Position numbers and translations under genes: made by a program
Notes under the pieces: generated by a model
What the model was told of the DNA's origin: nothing
What the model saw: only the letters and a program-made list of their open reading frames with translations
Database searches by the model: none
In this document: positions 28,115 through 41,065 of the stretch, in pieces
How the letters are laid out: the number at the start of each line of letters is the position of its first letter
Numbering within the stretch: position 1 is the first letter of the stretch
Assembly (NCBI RefSeq): GCF_006345805.1
Contig: NC_042999.1
Coordinates: 121,334,001 to 121,398,000, forward strand
DNA length: 64,000 nt
Origin: Octopus sinensis
Lineage: Eukaryota
Reading direction: 5' to 3'

Positions 28115-30669
28115 TGAACCAAAGGAAATTTTGTTTAGATGATCTAATGTGAAGATGCCGACGACCGCTCGGTTCAAAGTCACCCTTGACCACAAATGGC
28201 CTGAACTCTTTGCATGAACACCACCCTGTACATAACTCCATGTCCCCCTACATGGCCTTGCTTTTTGCTTTTTGAGCCAAAAAATTAATTTAACTTAACT
28301 TAATTCCAACTATAAATACAATGAAAGGTTGGATGTGTTTAACTGATGCTCCTCATAACCATAGTCATAGACTCTTAAATAAAAATATTACTAAATGGAA
28401 GAATGAGTTACATATGGATTTGATAGCATTCTGACCCAAAAGAGACTTCTATTGATGACTGCTACAATGCTAGCTTGTCAGAGAGTCCAGCTCAAAAAGG
28501 CTCTAAGTCAATAGATAGATGTTTTTTCCATGATTGCCACAGTAGTATGCAGAGAGATCAAGCTTGACAGGTATAAGATGAAAGAAAGTGCAGTATCAAT
28601 CCTGTTACTGAAGAAGAAATGACAACCTCATCCCTTCAGATTCCTCATCATTCAACAAGACTCTCAGAAGTCCAGGAGAGACTAAATCTTTTAATGTTAT
28701 AAATTGCTACTTCAAGCTCTGGTACAGATAGTCTTTTAAATAGAAATGCACAGTCATCTTGCCTAGTATAGCTGAACTATAGCTTCTCAAATACTGTTTC
28801 ATATTACAATACCAAACTTACACACAATATGTTTCTGAATTCCATAATAATAATTCTAAAGACTATACTAAAAAGGAGATGCTGAAACAAATACTTAAAT
28901 TCTCACACAGTCATATCAGTCAATTCAACAACCAGTGTAAATAATTTATCCATGTCAGGCTTTCTCATGACCACCAATGAAAATGACATGGAATGTATCA
29001 AATAAAGGAAGAAACTTCTAAGTAATTACTTTACTTGTGAGATATAGTAACCAAATTCTTTCAAAAAATGACACCTTACTGTCTCAAAGAAAGCAAAAGA
29101 TACAACTGGCATAGGGGTTCTAAAGATATACAAAAAGATGGAATGGCTATGGCTGGAATATTTTTGATTAAAGGTCTGTTTAACAAGGAGGTAATTTAGG
29201 GCAAAACAACACTACAAAGTGCATTCTTTAGATTAATTATTGTGACTTTTATGACTGTATTCATTATCTAGTGTGTTAGCTTAAGTCCTCTGCAAATTCA
29301 ATAAAACACATTTGCCTTTGTTGCTTTAAATAAATTTAATATCCCCTGCATAGTAAGTATGAAAAAAAGGCAACATTTAATAAGGAAACATATATAAGAT
29401 AATATAGTTAAATTCTGCTGAATCATTCATAACATGAAAGCACATTTTATGAATATCTCTCATGATATATTTTTAAAAGAGCTTGCTTCCTTCTCTTTGT
29501 ATACTAGAACCTATGGAATATTTTTGCTAAATGGTTCTTTCAAACAAACTCATGAATATAAACAGACACACATACATATGTACTTATATACACAAAGCTT
29601 TGTACTAAATGAAGCTGGTGATAAAGTGAAATTGACAATTTTCATTATAGTATAACATAGAAGTCAATATTTGTATGAAGATTCCCAAATGACCTTGTCA
29701 CAATTTCAATTAACAAGATAGGTAAGACAGCAGTATATTAGCTGAAGTGAGTGGAAGAGTAAGATATGAATAAAGAAGATGATTAACTAAGTGTGAGTGA
29801 AAGAGTAATTAGATAATAGAGAGTTCGTTTTATTAACTGATTTCACCCACATATTGATAACTGTTTTCCTCCTCTTTTTATAACATAATTCAACATCTAC
29901 CATTAGCTAGGTTCCTTCTATCTCTCAATATGTGAGCCTGTGTCATTGTATCTCTTTCATATTCAATGTCTGCATAATTAAAATCCATACTGAAAGAAAC
30001 ATTGTCATTTTCAAAGTATGTAATACTGGTTATATTTATAAAACTGAACACTGATTTGAACCAATATTCAGCACTCATTTATTAATGTCTCTCACAAGCA
30101 TTTCAAAAGAGGAACTGAGTAAATTTGCATTTATCTATTTTCATATGTTTTTATATTTTACAAATCTTAATATTCAGATATATGCTTGTATTGTTAAAGC
30201 AAATGTTTTCTAACCTAGTGTCCTTCCTGTCATAAATCAGTAAAAAATGTACATACATATATAACATCAAATCAAATAATTCATTCACTAACATACATAA
30301 TAAAAATTAATTTGTTGCATATACATAACATAATGAATTCTGGTCTATGTCATAATCAAATGAAGTAAACAAGTAACTATAGTGATTAAATTACTTTAAA
30401 TTTGGATTGACAAAGTAATGATATTTTATGAATAGTTAATAGCGAACTATATATTTAAAATATGAATGCTTCTATATATACTATACAAAACATATAAAAG
30501 CTACATTTTCAGTAAAAATCATGCCTCTATCTACTTAACATACATGCTTTGACAGTAAATTGTTAGGAAATGAAATAAAATTGACAAAAGAGCTACAACA
30601 ATCATCCACTATAAATATTGACTAAAGCAGTACAAAAGATACAAATACATGAAAAATATCATCACTTAC

Positions 30670-30744
30670 TTCTGCATTTGGCATTAAATGTGAGTCCACA
30701 CTGACGGTGCATATAATATCCTTTTCCACAGTCCTTTGTGCATT
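30670..30744 (-). CDS. Exon I (phase 1-1): TNFR-like Cys repeat 2, ECTKDCGKGYYMHRQCGLTFNAKCR
   Basis: 75 nt, attttag acceptor, gtaagt donor, same Cys spacing as exon H. Confidence 0.9.
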
Positions 30745-31759
30745 CTAAAATATTTTGAACAAAAACCATTAATTGCTTATGATCAAATTGCAGAAAGAAA
30801 AAAAAAGGATAAAAGGCTTATACATAATATCTCTTTTCTTATGTTTTACTATCTTTTAAGTTATACTAATGCATTTTGAAAATTCTTCTGAAATGTTATC
30901 ACTAAATATTCCATACTATGCGTTTAACTACTTGGCATTAAAGCTGTGTCATTTAATTCCTGTGGATCAGCTTCACATCTAGTTCACAACAACAGAGCAG
31001 TGTTGACCAAAACCAAACTAAATGAATTTTTAAAGTAACTAGAAGAAGGTTACCAATTATATATAGAAAACAAAGTTTCCATTAAAAAAACTATTGAAAA
31101 CAAAAACAATATTGTTTAATATTTTTGTTTACACCTTCAATAATGTGTATTGTTGAGTAAAATACATCACACTGAGTTTGTTTTGTTTACATATGTCATT
31201 ATCTTGCTAGCAGCAGGTAAATAAATGCAATATGCATATCGCTATTTAGATATATGAAGTTGAGAAAAGTATTAGTCAAAATCAAACTAAAATTTATTTA
31301 AAAAGAAAGATGAAAATGGCTTGCATATATTTTAAACAACAATATTCTCATAACATGTTACACCTACACACAACACACAAATGAACATACACAATTACAA
31401 AACAGTAAGCTATTAAATGAGACTAGATTTTCTCAAGTTAAACAAGTATCTGGTACAAATACAACAAAGCCCCTAACCACAATATGTTTTTGAATATCTT
31501 CTTCCATTTCCAACAACCATAAAAATACATCACAAGAATATTTTTGAATAAAGTAGGAGTGGGTTTATTAGAACTGGTATTCAAGAATAGTAATTTTATG
31601 CTGTATTAAAATGAAACTAAATTACCACAGTAACAATGTACTTGGGGAAAAAATTTACAAAGAAATTGCAATTTTGTACCAAATTGTTTCAGTCTACTTT
31701 CATAGCGTTCACATTAAGTTACATAAATACTTTACATAAAATATTTAATACCAGATTTT

Positions 31760-32100
31760 AAGTTTGACCCCACTGTACAAATGGATTCAACCACAGCTTC
31801 AGGTTAAACAAAGAATTATGAATGAAATTAAGTCAGTGGAAACTGTCTGGAAGTCTGTGGGAGGGATTGTTCCAGTTTAAGGGTGGTGAATTTAATCCAA
31901 TGCCAGGTGTAACACGAACACCTGGTCTTTAAGGGTCTTTTTGCACATTGTAAGTATTCAGGCCAGGTCTTTGATGTGAGAATAAATTTCTCCACTTCTT
32001 CTTTGCACCAGTCTCTGGAAAGGGTCATGGGCTTCAGCCCTTTACCTCTGACTAAACCATAAACATGCAAAATTGCTATACAATGTATCTCACTCAACTA
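31760..32100 (-). mobile_element. CR1/L2-like LINE 3' end fragment
   Basis: ctggaacaatccct (WN.LP-like) C-terminal motif; GC-richer than flanks. Confidence 0.35.
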
Positions 32101-32526
32101 CAAACATCTTACATTTCAAGCGGACCACTTCAATTATTAATTTTGCCACACTATAAGATAAAATATAATATGCTAGTTTTGCCATAAGCAATTATGGTCT
32201 TAATGATATTATACAGTAATATATAATATTATAAACAAATGATTTTTCAGACACTATCATGAGCCCCAAACTTGCACATTTGTCAGGAGTAAATGTAGTC
32301 AGTTTAATCATTATGGCATTTATTTTATTGACCCCAGAAGGATGAAAGGTAAAGACAGCCTCACCAAAATTTGAGTAAAAAGTTTGAAAGAAGAGACGAA
32401 ATGGTACAAGATAATGTATTCAAGTCTGAGTAACCTACTGTGTCTAGCAATTTATCTTCATGAAAAAAAGAAAGAGAAAAAATGTTTACATTCAAATAAA
32501 AGTATTAAACTAGTCTTTGATTTTAC

Positions 32527-32601
32527 CTTCGCAGATTTTCTGTTCCTTATCTGAACATGGCTGCACTTCAAACATTCCTTTTTCGCATGGTGCAGAACAT
32601 T
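32527..32601 (-). CDS. Exon H (phase 1-1): TNFR-like Cys repeat 1, ECSAPCEKGMFEVQPCSDKEQKICE
   Basis: 75 nt GT-AG exon, spacing C-x3-C-x9-C-x7-C. Confidence 0.9.
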
Positions 32602-33283
32602 CTATATGCAAAAAGAGAAAAACAAAACAATATATATACATATATAAACATATATTAGAAAAAATAAATTCCATTAACTTTTTAAACAAAGCATATTATT
32701 CAAAATAGAAAATTAATCAATATGGAATAAATATTAGATATCATGCATATATTACATACTAAGTATGTAACACACACACAAACACGTTTGGCTGAGAGAA
32801 AGGGAAGGGAGAGAGAAAGGAGAGTCACACACTGATAATTTCACAAGCCTAAACAGAAAAAAAGATAGTGTATCTATCTTCCAACACCATATCATGGCAC
32901 ATTTATTCCAGTATGCTTCATAGCATCAGCTTTATTTCAACATATATCCATTTCCACCATTCACTGACTAAATCAGCTCAAGCTTGGGATTTCTAATTTG
33001 TTTACAATATGCATGCAACAGACCAAACAAAACTTATCCTTGTTGAACTGTTGCATATTCTTAGCATTAACCAACCAATCTTCCATATCATACAGCATTA
33101 CAAAGATCATATAAAAATCTTGAATTTCATTAGAAAGAGATTTGGAAATCGGTCTTAAACTCTTTTCCAACCTCCTTCAAGTTTGACAGAAGCTTTATCT
33201 TTATTCATTTTATATTAATTATACTAATAATTATGTTACTCGACAGGAAAGGTAAACAATACTCTATAGAATAAGTACTATAC

Positions 33284-33406
33284 CTTGGCAAGACTGTCCA
33301 TCACCATAATATTCACCACTACATACACACTGATAGCTTCCTTTTGTATTTAGACAACCTGCATACGCATGACATTGAGCTGTACCATCTGAACACTCGT
33401 TTACAT
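33284..33406 (-). CDS. Exon G (phase 1-1): calcium-binding EGF domain DVNECSDGTAQCHAYAGCLNTKGSYQCVCSGEYYGDGQSC
   Basis: ttttattttag acceptor, gtatag donor, 123 nt; matches cbEGF consensus D-x-N-E-C...C-x-N-T-x-G-S-Y-x-C-x-C. Confidence 0.95.
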
Positions 33407-33608
33407 CTAAAATAAAAGAAATTTTTTAAATTATCAAAAATATATCACATTAAGAGTAAAATGAGAAATATAACTGAAGACAATGAAAAGGTTAGAAAAC
33501 AGGGAACTTGGAAAGCTATTTTTAAGGGACACATAATACATTTTATTATATTTTATGGATAGCAATAACAGCTTTAGTTAATAAAATACAAGTATCATAT
33601 TTACTTAC

Positions 33609-33746
33609 CAGCACATTTTTCATTTAGATCTAGTTTGTAACCTTTGCGACAAATACATCGTCCTGTGTTCTCATCACAGCCTTGTTCACACCATCTGGAC
33701 TCACACATATCAGAGTTGTAGCTCATGAGGATTGGATTTTTTACCT
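33609..33746 (-). CDS. Exon F (phase 1-1): EGF-like domain (CESRWCEQGCDENTGRCICRKGYKLDLNEKC)
   Basis: ttttcacag acceptor, gtaagt donor, 138 nt open, six Cys including the CxCxxGY motif. Confidence 0.92.
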
Positions 33747-34536
33747 CTGTGAAAAGAGATCATAAACAATCCTAATTAAGCTTAATGTTAAATGTATTTC
33801 CATTATAATATTTATAAATTTCATTTTATAGCACTCGGGATTCAAATTCAAACATTGGACTTAAATACAGCGAAGTACTTCAACATTCTACTTTTTCTGC
33901 TAGTGATGGCCTTTTCCTGTATCTCAGAAAGAATTTCTTACATAAGCACAACACTATACATTGTAGAATGTTAGGTTAACCCAATTCAAGACCAGTAAAA
34001 CTAATCAGCTGAAACTGAACTCAAAATCAAGGAAAATGGAACTAAATACTGACAGGTATTTAGATTGTCAGATTATCATTTCTACAGCAATACAACCCAT
34101 GTTTTTTTTTTTGTCAGTATTAATGGTTCACAATAAGTAAACCATTTAAAATCTCAACTGCATGAGTTTGTATTCAGATTAAAAGACATTATCTTATGAT
34201 AGCACATAACATCAGAAAATATATGCTAGATATTTTGTATAAAAAATAACTGAGAAATTATATTCAAAGTATCTTGTAAGATTTGGTGAAAGAATACTCT
34301 TTATTAGAATGAGATACATATATCAACTTTGAAACTAATATCATTCCGATTTCTGTTTTATAAAATATTTTATTAGTTGTTACAAAGTTGTAATTTGGAA
34401 CATCTAGTGTTGTATATTCAACGCATAAAAATAAGAAGTGAAAATACATTAAGTTTAGAAGTTATTTCTAAAATGTAAATTATGCCAAAATATGATTGTA
34501 AAAATTGCTAATTGAGAAAAAATGTTATCTTTATGG

Positions 34537-35105
34537 GTGCAAGCATGGCTAGGTTAAAAGGTTTGCTTTGTAACTGTATGGTTTCAGGTCTGATTCCATT
34601 GCATGGTGACTTATGCAAGTGACTTTTGCTGTAAATTTGATTGACAAATGCCTCATTATTGAAATTTAGTAAACAGATATTAAGCAGAAGGCCACCATAC
34701 AAACACATACATATATGTATGTAGTTGTATGTGTGTGTATATATATTTCTGCTTTCTTCTACCTGTTTTAGTCATTACACTGTGGCCATGCTGGGCACTA
34801 CCCTCAAGAATTATAATTGCACAAATTGAACCAGTACTTATTTTTTAAAGCTTGGAACTTATTTTACTGATCTCTTTTTGATGCTAAGTTATGAGGATGA
34901 AAACACACCAACATTGGTTGTCAGACAACCACACAGATATATATATATATAATAGGCTTCTTTCAGTTTCCATCTACCAAATCCATACACAAGGTTTTGG
35001 TTGACCAAGGCTATAGAAGACACTTGCCAAAAGTTCTGTGAAGTGGGGCTGAACCAGCAAGCATGTGGTTAGAAAGCAAACTTCTTACCAAATAGCCATG
35101 CCTAT
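34537..35105. mobile_element. Two tRNA-derived SINEs in opposite orientation (+ 34537-34720, - 34750-35105)
   Basis: Head gcatggct..ggttaaaaggtttgcttt on +; reverse head aaagcaaacttcttaccaaatagccatgcct on -. Confidence 0.7.
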
Positions 35106-35496
35106 ACATATATAATTATATATATATATTATACATATACACATATACAATAGATATGTATTGCTAATAAAACATTCATTAATTAGCCACCTTGACATTT
35201 ATTACATGCAAGTTAACTCTCTCAGCTGAAAGAGAACTTAATGTAATAAATATTGATCCAGACTATAAGTACCAAACAAAGTTATGTGGTCAAAATGACT
35301 GACTAAAATCATTTACAGGTGGTGTCCTAATATGACTGTAGCACAAAGGGTGAGAAAAGTAAAGGAATAAACACTGTAAACAAAAGTAAAAAAACTAGGT
35401 AATACAAAATAAAAAAAGTGAAAACTCTAAGTAAAAGAGAGCAAATATAGATAGCAGTAAAGAACCAATATAAACATTTGTAATGTGAAAACTTAC

Positions 35497-35705
35497 CAAA
35501 CCAAGTAACTTTAAGAGGAAGTTCGAATATTTTCAGATCACTAGTTTTATTCATACTGAAAAATATTGCAGAATCATTCAAAAGGAAATTTCTTGGAGTG
35601 GATACTGTAACTATTATTTCAGTTTCAGTAATTTCATTCCCATAGCTGTAAACACCAACTGCAAGGCTAAGTAAGCACATACAGGACATGATGGCCAAGT
35701 ACATA
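35497..35705 (-). CDS. Exon E (phase 2-1, or first coding exon with ATG at 35704): hydrophobic signal/TM segment MYLAIMSCMCLLSLAVGVYSYG followed by a lumenal linker with NDS and NKT sequons
   Basis: Pyrimidine-rich acceptor ...tgtag|T ATG, donor TTTG|gtaagt; overlaps ORF 35327..35704. Confidence 0.85.
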
Positions 35706-36589
35706 CTACAAAAGAAAACAAAGACAGAATAAAAAAATCATTTTGAATCTTCATTTATATTAGAAAATCATGTTTAATAGCCAAATAAATATTTAAATGA
35801 AAATATTAGATTTTGAGCTCACAACAACTTGTAATAATATATTGGTTTACTGACTAGTGACTGGCTGTCATACTAAATTATGCATTTATCATCAAAGTAC
35901 TCTATTAACTTAACTCTAAGTTTCCAAACCAATCAATACACATTGGATAATTCCATGAATTTAGATAACTGAACACATATTTATTTACAGCTGAATGCTC
36001 TTCTTAATATTAACAACTTTGGTAAAAGTAGTGCTTAATTTTTGGCTAAGTCAGTTGTGGCAAATGGTGTAATGAACGTCTGAATATGAGATGGTTCTGT
36101 AGCAAGATTTAAACAACCACTTATTATACTGCATTAATTCACAATTTTAAAATAATAATCTTTTGAGGATGTATTGCAGAAATCATTTTAATCATGAGAT
36201 TATAGTAAATATATGAAAAGTGCAAATGATGTTTTAATCTACAAAATAAGTCACTAACAGTCTATATCACATCACAAGCATGATGCTGGGGACACATGTA
36301 AGCTGTCTCAAGTATTACTGTTTCTACATAGGAATCTCTACTTCAAATTTTATTTTCTTTACCACACATCCATGATCACCTGTATTGTGTCAGTTTTCTG
36401 ATAAAGGTAACTAGGATCTCTTTCTTCCACCAGTGAACTGGAGTTGAAATCTCCAGCCAGACAACACCATCACAAGTGATACTGGAGAAGGATGCTTTGG
36501 CTTTATCTTAACATGATTCTCATTCTGTTAGTTCAATACATTTTCTAATTTACATGAACAACCTACTAATTTTCTCTTTTACACTCCGT

Positions 36590-36830
36590 TGGTCATGACA
36601 AGTGTTCCAGTTGATCTAATCAACAAAACAACCTGGTCATGAAATTAACGTGTAAGTGGCTGAGCACTCCACAAATGTGTACACTTAACATAGTTCTCAG
36701 AGAGATTCAGTGAGACATAGAATGTGACATAAAATGCTCAAGATATAATGTGCAACCAGGAATTGAACTCACAACATTATGATTGTGAGCCAAATACCCA
36801 AACCTATAAGCTATATGCCTTCACACACAC
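36590..36830. mobile_element. SINE fragments (conserved core plus reverse tRNA head)
   Basis: gtggctgagcactccacaaatgtgtacacttaacatagttctc core; ggaattgaactcacaac...gattgtgagcc reverse B-box region. Confidence 0.6.
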
Positions 36831-39129
36831 ACAAACAGAAATGACACCCACTTCATGGTTTTGTTGTTGAAGCCAAAACAACCTTGAATTGGTTTCTCTA
36901 TAAGCTTCTCATAAATGGTAATTAGAATACCTAACAGTAATGCAAAAACAGCAAATACCTAAAGTTGCAAATCTCACCCAACATATGCTACTCTAGAGAT
37001 ATTGATTTAAAAGTCAAAATAAATATAAACAGTAGAAGAAAAAGCATGGGGTAGGAGGTTAGATCCAACAGAAAAATCTGCATATCAATTACATATATGA
37101 GCTAACTATTTCTGAACTTAATGTTTGGGTCATAAAACAGTCAATACAAAAAACTGTTCTTACGTTTATACATTTATTAATCTAATCTTACAAAACAAGT
37201 TAATATCTAATTAATATTTACATGACCAAAATATATATCCTTCATTAGCTTCCATATGTTTCATGAGGTTTCATTCAGCTTGTGTTGGTAGATGGCAGTG
37301 AAGTAATACTAGAGTGTCCTCTACAGAGTACAGGTCTGAACAAGATTAATTATATGGAAGACCAACAACTGTTCATGTAACATAAGTCTGTCCTTTCCAT
37401 GTTACCAATGTTACTTTAGGGAAAGTTGAAGATTAGTATGGTTTGGGAACAGGATTATCAGTGAACATAATGCCAGACTCCTGTTCTTGATTCAATTGAC
37501 TCCAATACTTGGAGACTGATATTTTTTTATTGACTCTAACCATAGAAACAGATACAGTTTTAAATGCAGTTCATAAAGGCTAGGATGAATATTACATGAC
37601 ATTTCATTTGATATACTTATAATTAGGCCGTAAAATCTTTATATTTATCATTATAAGAATGTAAATGAATTTATGTAAATGAAATGCTATATAAATGAAA
37701 TTTTGATAACAAAAAGCACTCTGAAAGATCTAAAAAGAAAATGCAAGAATGTTTTCAATAATTTTGCCATACTGGATTATAATAGTATTGGAATTTTGTG
37801 GGAAATAAAACACTGAGGAATAATAAATGTCAAATACTAAACGATATAACATCAGCTTGTTGAGATGATGTAGCTGATTTGAAAGCAAAATTCTTATAGT
37901 CTGACATCCAAAAGAAAGAAAATGGTGAAAATTCTTAACATGTTCAACATGTCTACTTTTTATTTTTAATACTAAAAAATGATATTATCTTGTTTTCAAT
38001 AATCACATGGATAATACATTTACAAAGTAGTGTTAATGTTATTGATCTTAATATTGTTGTCACTTTCAGAAATAAAATTTCTTGTGAATTGTAAGGCCAA
38101 AAGTCTATGAAAATAAAAAAGTAAAATAGCAAGTACCATATTCAGAAAGAAAACTATTTGATTTCACTTAAAACCTATATTATTACTATATAATTATAAA
38201 TGAAATATTTCTTAAATAAAAAATCAAAGAGCCAGAGTTGAAGTTGGTACAAAATATATAAACGGACAGCAAGTAATAAAAAAAATGTTATTATGTTATA
38301 AAAAGTAAAAATGTTATTTGTTAATAAGAAAATGAATACTTGTATATTTTTTGATATGCTTTTGTATCTCACAGTTGTTACATAAATACTTTTGCTTATT
38401 TTATTATAAGATTCTCTGTGTAATAAATCAGCATTTATTGGTTTAAGAATATATCTAAATTAACAGTATGAACAAACATGACTTTCATTAAGAATTATAT
38501 TCTAGGTTCAAAGGTTTTCCATATGTTAATCTATTAACTCATTTCAAAACTTCTCTGAACAGGTCTCCTTTTGTTAAGTATTAATTTTGATAAATCACAA
38601 TATAACCATTACTTAAACTCTTAAAAAACTAATGTAATTATTTCTGAACTTAGTTTTATACAATTCAACAGTAATTTCAGTATAAATTTCAAGCTAAGAT
38701 TTCTTACTTCATTAGTTACAATATTGAATTCAGATACTTTTAAGCAATTTATTCCTGACTATAACAACATCTCTTTAATTGAGTCATATACATATTCACA
38801 ATAACTATTTTATGTCATTTGATCAAAGAAATGGCATTTTTAAAATAGAGAGTCATTGTGCTTATTCCAAAGAGTCCAATTCTGAGTTTTAATTAACTGA
38901 TTTAAAATAAAAAAATTTCTAACGTTGATACAAGGCCTCAAATTTTGGAACTTGTTTATAAATTCAAGAGGAATGAAAGGTAAAGTCAAACTTTTCCATG
39001 TGTGAACTCATATCATGAAGTATAACTAAATAGGTTAAGATGTTTTGTCCAGCAAAATACCAATCCTGCCATCTACTGTCTATAATACTAGTAGCATAGT
39101 TTTTGAATGTGTTAAATTGATCACCAACA

Positions 39130-39510
39130 ATAATGCCTTAGTTGTAAAGTATCAACACAAAGTAGCACCATTACGGATGTTAGAGCAATACTCCAGAATG
39201 GGCCCCAACAGAACCTTGTAGATATCAATAACTGTTGGTCGGAGGCTGAATTATCTTTGACTGTAAGCAGAGGGTCATTCAATGGGATGCAGCCTTAGCA
39301 ATCTTAAGGATGTGCTTTTGCATCCACAATGATAGTGAGACTTAATAATTGGAGTGATTTTGAAGATCAGAGCTGAATGCTGCTCATAATTAAGTGAGGT
39401 GTGGTGCAATACTGTTCTTTTGATATAAGCATCAGTTTTTTTGCTACTGAAATAAACAAATGCCAAATCCTCATTTGAGGATACCTTTCAAGATCTTTGT
39501 TTATGTGAGT
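39130..39510 (-). mobile_element. CR1-like LINE 3' fragment
   Basis: ORF 39275..39466 loosely resembles the CR1 post-RT region (F.S......KAY...RP.LEY). Confidence 0.4.
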
Positions 39511-39985
39511 TTGGAGAATTACAAACCTTAAAATTACAATTTTTTAAAACTGCTATTGTTCTTCAGTCATTTTGTACCATATCTAAACTTCTAACTATTT
39601 ATAAAATACACAACAAAGGAAACTCATAAATAGTTAGACCAACAGATTTTGTTATTCTTAGAAAAAAATCATTTGAGAGCTCATTACTAGCCATTAATTT
39701 CTTGATATGATGATGCTAAAATATGCATATGGTTGCCAAAAATCAATAGCTTTTATTACAATAATGTGAATTTTAGCAATATATGTCTGTGACTTAAAAA
39801 ATAAAGTAGATCATGGGATTATATCATTAAATAAACATTATTTTTATGTCTAATTATACAAAAGCAGAATGACAAATTGTTCTCTTTTGTCTTTTGCTCA
39901 AATGAAATTCAAATTACAATAAGCCAAAATTCTACAATACTCAAAATACTTAAATATACACAACTGTACATAAAAAAGTACTTAC

Positions 39986-40740
39986 TGTTTTGATCCTGAT
40001 GTAGGTTTTCTTCCAACACTACCACTACTGGTACCTTGACCTTGACCAGGCTGCTCCTCCTTAGGACTTTCAGCACCTCTGGAATTCCTTAGTGACTGAT
40101 ATTTGGGAGGAACTTGAGGCGGAGCAACTCCTAACAAAGTTTTACTACGTTTCGGAGTAGATTGGTTTGACTGAGAGCGTCCATTTGTTTCATCTCCAGA
40201 ATCAGGGGTCATAGGACTCCCAAGCTTTCCAGGAGACGCAGCTCTTGGAGATATTGGGCGAAAAGTTGCCAGTCGAGGTTGACCTTGTCCTGAAACACTA
40301 GATGATAACCAAGCTGCTTTTGATTCAGCAGAGGATGTGATTGAAGATGCTGGTTGTACTTCTTCAAGGTTAGGCATTGGAAACATTTGTGAAGGATCTT
40401 CAATTCCAGGATCAACATCAACAGTAGTATCTGTGGTTCCAAGAAATACTTTCTGTGCTTCATTTCCAAAAATTGGGTCACTGCTACTTCGAAATGCTGA
40501 AGACTGTCCACTCTCAGGCAAAGTACTAATTTCATCTGCAAGCTGAATATTTCCTGTGGGACTGAAGCTAGGTGTATCGATTTGAGAAGGCTTAACTAAA
40601 ACATTAACAAAAGCATCAGATGAATCAGCTGCTGTTCTACTTTTATACTGTTTTGTTCCATCCTTACTGTGGATTTCAGCAGCTGTTACCAGAATTCTAC
40701 TTTCATCGCTTGCTGCTGACTGAAATTCTTGAAAATCACT
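39986..40740 (-). CDS. Exon D (phase 0-2): Ser/Pro/Gln-rich disordered cytoplasmic region SDFQEFQ...PPQVPPKY...SGSK; if unspliced it ends at TAA 39982-39984
   Basis: T-rich tract + tgtag acceptor, 755 nt open, ends at CA|gtaagt; includes ORF 39982..40521. Confidence 0.9.
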
Positions 40741-40840
40741 CTACAAATAAAAAAAAAAAGGCATACCAAATCACTCAAGTTGATAATTAGCACAATTTTC
40801 ATATTTACAAAACTATTACATATAACAGACAGCTACTTAC

Positions 40841-41065
40841 AGATGGCTCAATTATTGATGTCCTTGAACTGCTTTCAGAAAGGTCACACTGCTCCATGCC
40901 CTCATCTCCATTGCCTTTCTTCTCAGGCCAGGCCAAATCAACCCTAACAGGTAAAGTTGCGTATTCACTTTTCATGAATTCGGTTTCTTCTTCATCTCTC
41001 TCCCCACCACTGTCATCAGATAAGTCCTTTGTAGCTTCAAAGGCTCCTGATTTCTTCAATTCCTC
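40841..41065 (-). CDS. Exon C (phase 0-0): cytoplasmic acidic region EELKKSGAFE...MKSEYATLPV...SIIEPS
   Basis: ttttcttattag acceptor, gtaagt donor, 225 nt open; overlaps ORF 40805..41059. Confidence 0.9.

Noticed and set aside
40209-40947. ORFs 40209..40541 (-), 40337..40546 (+) and 40729..40947 (+)
   Set aside because: Shadow frames of true exons C and D
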